From IMG/VR virus record IMGVR_UViG_3300033076_000282, positions 1-31,370 of that record: a stretch of DNA of 31,370 bases; one strand, 5' to 3'. Of this stretch, positions 1-6,628 are shown in pieces. The notes under the pieces were generated by a model, which ran no database searches, was not told the DNA's origin, and saw only the letters and a program-made list of their open reading frames with translations. Position 1 is the stretch's first letter. Each line of letters starts with the position of its first letter. The DNA comes from a virus (lineage: Duplodnaviria; Caudoviricetes). A program made the position numbers and the translations under genes.

Positions 1-798
1 CAGTTCCGCGACATGACGATGAAGCAGCTGTCGCAGTTCAAGTGGATACCTCGGGACAACGCGACCGAGGTTGTCGCCGCAGCCATGCAGCCTAGCATCC
101 GCTTCGCTCGCGAGGATTGCATCGACCTACCACCGTGCATGTTCCAAACCCGGCAGGTTGAGATGTCGGTACCGCAGAAGAAAGCGTACCGTGAAATGCT
201 GACGCAGCTGTATGTTGAGTTGCAGTCAGGCGAAGTGCATGCAGTCAACGAAGCAGTCAAGCTACAGAAGCTGGTGCAGATTGCATCCGGCGTAGTCTAT
301 GCGAAGGACGGAACCCATGTCGAAATCCAAGCCCACGACCGCATCCAAGAGTGCCTCGACATCATCGAGCAAGCGGGCACCAAAGTCATCATCTTCGCCC
401 CGTTCAAAGGCAGCCTCGAATATATTGAGAAGGAAATCAGCAAGCATCATACGTGTGCCGTCATCTCAGGTGAAGTTGCCAAGGGCGCGCGGGACAAAAT
501 CTTCCACGACTTCCAAACCGGCAGAGAGCCGCACGTCCTGGTGGCGCAGCCTGCTGCAATGGCTCACGGGCTTACTCTCACGGCAGCCAGCACCATCATC
601 TGGTTCGCCCCCATCACCAGCCAAGAAATCTACACGCAAGCCAACGCGCGGATCACGCGGCCCGGCCAAAAGCACTCGCAGCTCATCGTCAACATCGAAG
701 GCAGTCCTGTGGAGCGAAGGCTCTATGATCGCCTCCGCCAAAAGCAAGCGGCCGAAGGGCTCCTGCTCGACATCATCCGCGACCAAGAAGATTGCTAG
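1..798 (+). CDS. SNF2-family (SF2) DNA helicase, C-terminal part; 5' end lies outside the window
   Basis: Frame is open from base 1 (CAG TTC CGC GAC ATG). Helicase C-terminal motifs: KVIIFAPF, VISGEV, QPAAMAHGLTLTAA (motif V) and QANARITRPGQ (motif VI); the DLPP and KLQKLVQIASG segments are typical of phage SNF2 helicases. Confidence 0.9.
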   Translation, partial: QFRDMTMKQLSQFKWIPRDNATEVVAAAMQPSIRFAREDCIDLPPCMFQTRQVEMSVPQKKAYREMLTQLYVELQSGEVHAVNEAVKLQKLVQIASGVVYAKDGTHVEIQAHDRIQECLDIIEQAGTKVIIFAPFKGSLEYIEKEISKHHTCAVISGEVAKGARDKIFHDFQTGREPHVLVAQPAAMAHGLTLTAASTIIWFAPITSQEIYTQANARITRPGQKHSQLIVNIEGSPVERRLYDRLRQKQAAEGLLLDIIRDQEDC

Positions 799-802
799 GT
801 AG

Positions 803-831
803 TTGCGTTAATGGTTTAACGGTGTTATACT
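803..831 (+). promoter_or_regulatory. sigma70-type promoter with extended -10
   Basis: TTGCGT (803-808), 17-nt spacer, TATACT (826-831), with TG at 823-824. Lies in an AT-rich intergenic gap upstream of RBS AGGAGA (849-854) and ATG 862. Confidence 0.7.
806..821. promoter_or_regulatory. Inverted repeat, operator-like site overlapping the -35/spacer
   Basis: CGTTAA-TGGT-TTAACG: perfect 6-bp arms with a 4-nt spacer. Confidence 0.5.
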
Positions 832-861
832 CTTTACATCATCGCAATAGGAGATCAAACG

Positions 862-1242
862 ATGAAGCTCGATGACCTCATCGAAAAGTACGTGGTAGCT
901 CGGGAGAAGAAGTCCGAACTCACCGCGGCCTACAAGGAGAAGGTTGCCAAGATCGACAACGTGCTGGAGAAGATCGAGGCAGTCATCCTGACACAGTTCA
1001 CCCAGATGGGTACGGACAGTGTGAAGACCCCCCACGGCACGGCGTACAAGTCTACCAAGACGAGCTACCAAGTTGCCGACTGGGATGCCACGTTGGACTT
1101 CATTAAGGCCAACGAACTCTGGCACATTCTGGAGCGCCGCGTCGCCAAGGCTGGCGTCGATGCGTACAAGGAAGAGAACGGGGACATCCTCCCCGGACTG
1201 AACGCCCGCACCGAAGTCACTATCAACATCAGAAGGTCTTAA
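862..1242 (+). CDS. Conserved phage replication-module protein (N-terminal coiled coil; loosely Gam/Gp157-like)
   Basis: 126 aa, strong RBS. Helical N-terminus followed by SVKTPHGTAY...VADWDATLDFI...LERRVAK...PGL, a pattern typical of small proteins next to phage SSB genes. Confidence 0.65.
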   Translation: MKLDDLIEKYVVAREKKSELTAAYKEKVAKIDNVLEKIEAVILTQFTQMGTDSVKTPHGTAYKSTKTSYQVADWDATLDFIKANELWHILERRVAKAGVDAYKEENGDILPGLNARTEVTINIRRS

Positions 1243-1246
1243 GCAT

Positions 1247-2260
1247 ATGTCGAACGCGATCATTCCCTTTAAGGACGACGGCCAGCTCCCCGCTCACTTG
1301 CGGGGCGGTGCGGTACAGAACGACGAACTTGCCGGTGGCGTCTCGTCGGGGTATCCAGTTCTCAGCTTCAAAGGCAAGACGTGGTCGCTCCGTGAGGGCG
1401 GCTCCAGCAGCATCATCATGAAGCCGGACGATGAGGACGAGGTGGCTACGTCGCTCGAAGTGGTCATCCTCAAGGCCAACCCGCACTTGTCAAAGGTGTA
1501 CTATGAGAGCGGCTACACAGAAGGATCGGACGCAAAGCCGACGTGCTATTCGCACAATGGTACGACGCCTGCGTCGGACGTTGAGAAGCCCCAGTGCACG
1601 ACGTGCGCGCTGTGTCCGCACAATGCCTGGGGTTCTCGAATTAGCGAGAACGGAAGCAAGGGTAAGGCTTGCTCTGACAGCAGGCGCGTTGCTGTTGCTG
1701 CTGCTGGGGATATTGCCCGTCCTATGCTTCTACGAATACCAGCGGCTACACTGAAAGACCTCGCTGGTTACGCGCAGATGCTGACCCAGCGCAACGCACC
1801 CTATCAGGCTGTCGTCACCAAGATCGGTTTCGATCCCACGGTGGCGCATCCGAAGCTCACGTTCAAGGCAACCCGCTGGCTGTCGGCCGACGAGTACGCC
1901 GAGGTGACGCAGGTGATGGAGACTGAGGTGGTGCGCCAGATCGTCGGTGCCGAGCCCACTGCTCGTGCCGTCGATGCGCTTGCCCATCTCCCGGCGAAGC
2001 CTGCCCACGTCGAGCCTGCGAAGCCCGAGCCCGCACCTGTGGCTGAGAAGCCCAAGGCTGCTGCGTTCGGCAAGAAGAAGGTCGAAGCCCCTGCCGCGGA
2101 ACCGGCAGAGGAACCGGCACCCAAGGCCAAGGCAACGAAGCTGGCAGCGGCGAAGCCCGCACCGGCGAAGGCCGAAGCCCCGAAGTCCAAGGCTGCCGAG
2201 AAGGTAGTCTCTGTGACGGAGGACCTTGACGCGGCGCTTGCAGAACTCGACGATATGTGA
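1247..2260 (+). CDS. Putative single-stranded DNA-binding/annealing protein with a Cys cluster
   Basis: 337 aa. Beta-rich N-domain with C-x16-CxxCxxC...KGKAC, a long Ala/Pro/Lys/Glu linker and an acidic C-terminal tip (ALAELDDM). Sits between the helicase and primase genes. Confidence 0.6.
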   Translation: MSNAIIPFKDDGQLPAHLRGGAVQNDELAGGVSSGYPVLSFKGKTWSLREGGSSSIIMKPDDEDEVATSLEVVILKANPHLSKVYYESGYTEGSDAKPTCYSHNGTTPASDVEKPQCTTCALCPHNAWGSRISENGSKGKACSDSRRVAVAAAGDIARPMLLRIPAATLKDLAGYAQMLTQRNAPYQAVVTKIGFDPTVAHPKLTFKATRWLSADEYAEVTQVMETEVVRQIVGAEPTARAVDALAHLPAKPAHVEPAKPEPAPVAEKPKAAAFGKKKVEAPAAEPAEEPAPKAKATKLAAAKPAPAKAEAPKSKAAEKVVSVTEDLDAALAELDDM

Positions 2261-2288
2261 GCGTCTATCAGGATACGTTAAGCCTAGT

Positions 2289-2310
2289 GGCGGCACCTTC
2301 GGGTGCCGCC
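2289..2310 (+). terminator. GC-rich stem-loop with cUUCGg tetraloop (weak terminator or mRNA-stabilising hairpin)
   Basis: GGCGGCACC-TTCG-GGTGCCGCC: perfect 9-bp stem 28 nt after the SSB-like stop codon; no U-tract follows. Confidence 0.55.
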
Positions 2311-2337
2311 CACATCTCGTGTCAAGGAAAATAAAAA

Positions 2338-2619
2338 ATGTTTGAAATCATCAAGACCGCGAAACTCACGCCTTCGAATGTCGCGAAGCTCTTGAACGTC
2401 AGCCGGGTTGCGGTTAGCCTTTGGGTCAATGGACACTCTGCACCCCACAAGCTGATCGAGCGCCGCGTGGAGCGGCTCCTGACTGCCGTTGAAGCGGCGG
2501 TCAATCGTGGTGATCTGCCTATCTCCGAAGATGTGCCGCGCAAGAACCGGCACGCCGAGATCGCGAAGATCATCCACCGTCATGCTGAGAAGTTGCAGCT
2601 GGGTTCCATCAGCGAATAA
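2338..2619 (+). CDS. Cro/XRE-type helix-turn-helix DNA-binding protein
   Basis: LTPSNVAKLLNVSRVAVSLWVNGHSAP fits the XRE HTH pattern; RBS AAGGA upstream; directly precedes the primase. Confidence 0.8.
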   Translation: MFEIIKTAKLTPSNVAKLLNVSRVAVSLWVNGHSAPHKLIERRVERLLTAVEAAVNRGDLPISEDVPRKNRHAEIAKIIHRHAEKLQLGSISE

Positions 2620-2643
2620 GACTTCGGTTCCTGCGAGGCTGCG

Positions 2644-5493
2644 ATGAACACCCAAGAGTTTCTTGACCGCGTCCTACCGGACAGCGGGCTCCGAGTAGTC
2701 GTCTCGATCACACCGAAGGGTGCGCGACAGAAGTTCTACCCGGACAATGCGGCAGCCGCTGCCGCTTTGATCGCCGCAGACAGCCAAGGCACTGATGTCT
2801 ACCACGGCTGCGCGACGTACACCGACAACAGTTCGAGGAAAGCAGACAATGCGCTTGCCGCGAAAGCCCTGTGGGTTGACCTCGACGTCGGACCATCCAA
2901 GCCCTACGCGTCTCAGGCGGATGCTGGTCGTGCTGCTGTACTGTTCGGCAAGACCGTTGGATTACCCCCACCACTTATCGTTAATTCCGGGCGGGGGCTT
3001 CATGTCTATTGGCTTCTGGAAACGGAAGTTTGCGCGGCTGATTGGCAGCGTGCTGCTGCCGCTCTCAAACTGGCTGCGAAGCACGCCGGGCTGGCCGCCG
3101 ACCCGTCACGAACTGCGGACGTTGCTAGTATCCTCCGCACCCCCGGAACCACAAACCATAAAGACCCCGATCGTCCGCTTGCCGTGGTGGCTGTCCGTGA
3201 TGGCAAACCAGCTCCCTACGACTTCATCCTCGGACGCCTCGAACAATACCTTGCCGACAACGACGTCGATGTCCTCGGTGCAGCGCCGAGCCACGTCACG
3301 GTAGACAACTCTGATCTTGAGGTGAAGTACGATGGCCCACCTCCAAGCGTGGTCCCTATCGTCGAGGGCTGTGCAATCATCCGCGAGTTCCGAGATAGCC
3401 AAGGCCAGATTGAGGAACCGCTGTGGCGTGCCTGCATGGGCGTGGTCCGGCATTGTGAGAACGGTGCCGAGCTGTGTCACGAGTGGTCGTCCGGTCATCC
3501 GCAGTACACCGCCGAAGAAACAGACGCCAAGCTGGCGGGGCTTGAGGGTACTGGCCCAACCACTTGTGAGGTACTTGGACATCACAGACCTGATGCGTGC
3601 GCGACGTGCCCGTTCTTCGGCAAGTGCCGATCTCCGATCTCGATTGCTTACAAGGCAATCCCTGTTGCAACGGTCGAGGACCCGGACAACCCCGAGGAAG
3701 AGGTAGGCACGCCCGATCTACCCGACGGCTTCGCGTGGACCAGCAAGGGACTGTACGGCCGCACGAAGGACAAGGATGGCGAGGTGATCGACGTGCGGCT
3801 GTCGTCGCTGCTGTTCTACCCGACGGGCTGGACGAAGGACGTTGAGGGCAAGCACGCCCTGATGGTGAACGTACACACTAGACCCGGACAGGTAGACAAG
3901 TTTACACTTGCGACCGGGCTCGTTGCCGAAGGCGGCTCCAAGCTGAACGCCCGCCTCGGTGAGCACATGATCATGATAGAGCGGAACCGCGGACCGATGG
4001 TACAGCATTATCTCCAAGAGTGGGCTGACGTACTGCGCCTGCGCAGCGCGCCCATCGCAACCTACAACCGCTTCGGTTGGTACGGTAAGGACTTCCTGAT
4101 TGGCGACGACATGTACTACGCCAACGGCACGCACCAGAAGGTCCTGCTGTCCGGCAGCGCGCAAGAGCAGCTGCACAGCTACACGCCGAAGGGCGACCTG
4201 CAAACGTGGGTCGAAACCGTCGAGCGAGCCTACAACCACCCCACCCTTGAACCGTTGCAGTTCGCGCTGCTCACTGGTCTGGCGTCTCCCCTGCTCAACA
4301 TGTTCGACGAGTTCGGTGGTGTGCTGGTTTACATGCACACGCAGGAAACAGGCGAGGGCAAGACCACCATCAGCCGCGCGGCGCTGTCCTGCTACAACGC
4401 ATGGAAAGATACTCAGATGTCTCAGGGCCAGTTCACGCTGAACGCCCTGTACGCCACGTTCGGTGTCGCCAATGCGATGCCGCTGGTGCTGGACGAGATG
4501 ACAGCGATCGAACCGGCACAGGCCGTGGACATGGTCCACTTGATTTCATCCGGCACGCCGAAGCGCCGGTGCGAGAAGTCAGGCGACCTGCGTCGCAACG
4601 ATCACCGGTGGTCCCTGCTGGCGATTGCCTCGGGCAACAACCTCTTCACCGAGAAGATCATGCAGAACCGTTCGCAGGCTGCGGCCGAAGCGGCGCGCGT
4701 GTTCGAGTACTCCATCCAAGACCTGAACACACCGATCCCCCGAGACGAGGCGGCACGCCTGTTTCCCAAGTTCGGGCAGAACTACGGATGGGCCGGGCGC
4801 GAGTTCATCAAATACGTGGTGCGTAACTATGACGCAGTCAAAGAGGCCCTGCTCAAGACGCAGGCAGCGGTCGGTCCGCTGTTCGGCATCCGACGCTCGG
4901 AGCGGTACTGGGGTGCATTGGTTGCGTGTGTACTGACAACCCACAAGATCGCTCAGAAGCTCGGACTCGTACAGTTTCCGCGGGCCGGGCTGGTGTCGTT
5001 CATTCAGATGGCGCTGGAGCAGAACCGCAGCGGCATGGCGCTGGCCAAGCCGGAAGCGGCAGACCAGATCGGGCGGCTCATTGCCGACTTGTGGGGCGGG
5101 GTGTTCGTCACCCACGGCAAGGGCGACGCCTACGCTCGCTGGGATGCGTTCGTAGCCAAGCACGCGAGCGGCAAGGTGACAGGCCGGTACATCATGCGGC
5201 GTCCGGGGCAGGCAGGCATCAACGACAAGCCCGTCATCTACCTAACGATGGCTGCCGTGAACGACTGGTGCGCGTCGAAGAACGTGTCAGTGCGGGATTT
5301 GATGCGCGAAGCCGCCGCCAAGGGTCTGATCCTGCCGCAGCCAAAGCAGGTCTATCTCGGGGAGGGCTCGGTCCAATACAGCGGCGTTGCATCCCACAGA
5401 TGTCTTGTCATCCGGGAAGATGCTCTGCCGCTAACGATGGCCCCCGGAACCCCGCAGCTGACCGTTGTTCAGGGTGGAGTTGCAACCCCATGA
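2644..5493 (+). CDS. Primase-helicase: AEP/RepB-like primase, PriCT-2-like region, Cys cluster, DUF927 and SF3-like ATPase
   Basis: 949 aa. AEP motifs LWVDLD, NSGRGLHVYW and ILRTPGTTNHK; EPLWRACMG...WSSGHPQY (PriCT-like); C..CATCPFFGKC cluster; FGW (DUF927-like); Walker A-like ETGEGKTT and Walker B-like PLVLDEMT. Confidence 0.85.
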   Translation: MNTQEFLDRVLPDSGLRVVVSITPKGARQKFYPDNAAAAAALIAADSQGTDVYHGCATYTDNSSRKADNALAAKALWVDLDVGPSKPYASQADAGRAAVLFGKTVGLPPPLIVNSGRGLHVYWLLETEVCAADWQRAAAALKLAAKHAGLAADPSRTADVASILRTPGTTNHKDPDRPLAVVAVRDGKPAPYDFILGRLEQYLADNDVDVLGAAPSHVTVDNSDLEVKYDGPPPSVVPIVEGCAIIREFRDSQGQIEEPLWRACMGVVRHCENGAELCHEWSSGHPQYTAEETDAKLAGLEGTGPTTCEVLGHHRPDACATCPFFGKCRSPISIAYKAIPVATVEDPDNPEEEVGTPDLPDGFAWTSKGLYGRTKDKDGEVIDVRLSSLLFYPTGWTKDVEGKHALMVNVHTRPGQVDKFTLATGLVAEGGSKLNARLGEHMIMIERNRGPMVQHYLQEWADVLRLRSAPIATYNRFGWYGKDFLIGDDMYYANGTHQKVLLSGSAQEQLHSYTPKGDLQTWVETVERAYNHPTLEPLQFALLTGLASPLLNMFDEFGGVLVYMHTQETGEGKTTISRAALSCYNAWKDTQMSQGQFTLNALYATFGVANAMPLVLDEMTAIEPAQAVDMVHLISSGTPKRRCEKSGDLRRNDHRWSLLAIASGNNLFTEKIMQNRSQAAAEAARVFEYSIQDLNTPIPRDEAARLFPKFGQNYGWAGREFIKYVVRNYDAVKEALLKTQAAVGPLFGIRRSERYWGALVACVLTTHKIAQKLGLVQFPRAGLVSFIQMALEQNRSGMALAKPEAADQIGRLIADLWGGVFVTHGKGDAYARWDAFVAKHASGKVTGRYIMRRPGQAGINDKPVIYLTMAAVNDWCASKNVSVRDLMREAAAKGLILPQPKQVYLGEGSVQYSGVASHRCLVIREDALPLTMAPGTPQLTVVQGGVATP

Positions 5494-5960
5494 AGACACA
5501 CGGCCGCCGCCCCGCCGGAAAGCGGAACCCGACATACAGCTCGTGGCGCGCAATGCGCGATCGGTGCCTGTGCCCCACCAACAAAGACTACCCCCGCTAC
5601 GGCGGGGCTGGCGTGACCGTAGACGCCCGTTGGGATGACTTCGCGGTCTTCCTAGCTGACATGGGCGAACGCCCGCCAGGGACGACGCTAGACCGTCTGG
5701 ACGGCACATTAGGGTACACCCCGCTGAACTGTCGTTGGGCAACGCCTGCCCAACAATCCGCCAACCGTCGCCACCTTGTCTGGTTGACCCACAACGGCGT
5801 CACGCTATGCTTGCGGGATTGGGCGCGCACCACCGGCATCTCGATGCACAAGTTGTACTACCGGCACAAACGCGGACTGCCCGTGCATGAGATTCTCAAG
5901 GAGATCGCGCGATGTGGGAAGTCCTCTTCGTCCTCTGCACCATCCACGGGTCTTGCATAG
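5490..5960 (+). CDS. HNH-family homing-type endonuclease with C-terminal DNA-binding segment
   Basis: Probable start is ATG 5490 (ATGA overlap with the primase stop), not 4926. Motifs TYSSWRAMRDRC...YPRYGGAGVTV...W..F..FLADMGERP...TLDRLD...GYTPLNCRWAT...Q..NRR are characteristic of this phage HNH family. Confidence 0.85.
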   Translation: MKTHGRRPAGKRNPTYSSWRAMRDRCLCPTNKDYPRYGGAGVTVDARWDDFAVFLADMGERPPGTTLDRLDGTLGYTPLNCRWATPAQQSANRRHLVWLTHNGVTLCLRDWARTTGISMHKLYYRHKRGLPVHEILKEIARCGKSSSSSAPSTGLA

Positions 5961-6109
5961 AGAGGCGGATACCAGTTGCACAGGATCAACCAATTAACAT
6001 ATACCAGTGTACGGTAATCGCGCAGGCTGAGATCGCCCTGGTCTGCGAACGATACCCTGGCTACGGCCTCAAGCGATGGTCCTGTGGGCGACCTTCAAAG
6101 GATACGTGA
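5912..6109 (+). CDS. Small Cys-rich protein, alphaproteobacterial-like, probably exported
   Basis: 65 aa, RBS AAGGAG at 5898-5903. Hydrophobic N-terminus (MWEVLFVLC) and pattern C-x5-C...C..AQ..IA...YPGY...RWSC. Confidence 0.6.
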   Translation: MWEVLFVLCTIHGSCIERRIPVAQDQPINIYQCTVIAQAEIALVCERYPGYGLKRWSCGRPSKDT

Positions 6110-6393
6110 TGAAGCCGATCGACTGGACGGTCCTGTTCTTTGTATGGCTGGTAATCTTGGCGCTACTGCTCTCGATTCTCCAACCGTCAGAGGCGCAGGC
6201 GGTTAGCTCGCGGACCCGTGCAGCATGCACGGGGAGCTACCTGAACTACTGCTCGCATACCACTCCCGGCACGCCTCAGTGTCGCGCATGTTTCAGGTTC
6301 AACTGGAAGAAGCTCGATGCCCAGTGCCAAGCAGCCATCCGCACCGACCCCAGCTACAAGCATAACTTCTCGGGTCGTCGTAAAACTTCCTAA
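6109..6393 (+). CDS. Secreted cysteine-rich-repeat protein (Cys-rich GLG1/FGFR-repeat-like)
   Basis: Start ATG 6109 (TGATG overlap; GTG 6106 also possible), RBS AAGGA. Signal peptide ending AQA, then AC..SY..YC....PG....RAC...N..KL...C..AI. Confidence 0.65.
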   Translation: MKPIDWTVLFFVWLVILALLLSILQPSEAQAVSSRTRAACTGSYLNYCSHTTPGTPQCRACFRFNWKKLDAQCQAAIRTDPSYKHNFSGRRKTS

Positions 6394-6628
6394 CGGGGAA
6401 ATCCTGAGCGTCGCTGACCTGCCGGACCCGCACGTCTGGTGGACGGTACGCAGGAAGTGGATTGTGGCGCAGGCCGTCTTGCACGGCCTGCTCCCATACG
6501 ACGAGGCGCTGCGGCGCTACTGGATGCACCCCGAGGAACTTGAGGACTGGATCGCCAAGGTCCGGTTCGGCGGCAAGCGTCGCTTAAAAGCTACTGTTCG
6601 AGAGCCTGCTCCACGAAGCGGCGGTTAG
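6317..6628 (+). CDS. sciP: SciP (small CtrA inhibitory protein)/DUF1153 homologue
   Basis: VKLPNGEILSVADLP...WTVRRKWIVAQAVLHGLLPYDEALRRY.MHPEELEDW...V..GG...LKAT is collinear with the DUF1153/SciP consensus as I recall it (V.lPdG..lt.ADLPp..t.RWv..RKa.VV.AV.gGLl...EA..RY.Ls.EEf..W...v..hG...Lr.T). Start codon uncertain; 6317 is the only in-frame ATG before the domain. Confidence 0.82.
   Translation: MPSAKQPSAPTPATSITSRVVVKLPNGEILSVADLPDPHVWWTVRRKWIVAQAVLHGLLPYDEALRRYWMHPEELEDWIAKVRFGGKRRLKATVREPAPRSGG

Noticed and set aside
806-830. Canonical CtrA box (TTAA-N7-TTAA)
   Set aside because: The TTAA pair here is spaced by 4 nt. No exact N7 box was seen in the intergenic regions I checked (799-861, 2261-2337, 21770-21818, 22456-22498, 30616-30668), so only a weaker half-site hypothesis is reported.
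2265-2273. CTATCAGGA shared with 30651-30659 and 21753-21761
   Set aside because: Only 9 bp, inconsistent orientation relative to transcription, and one copy is inside a CDS; plausibly chance.
3718-5163. Minus-strand ORFs of 273 and 194 aa inside the primase-helicase
   Set aside because: Antisense shadow frames with no recognisable domain.
4926-5489. 188-codon N-terminal extension of the HNH ORF in the ORF track
   Set aside because: Overlaps the primase in another frame with Arg/Gly-rich junk composition; the HNH domain starts at ATG 5490 with a typical ATGA coupling.
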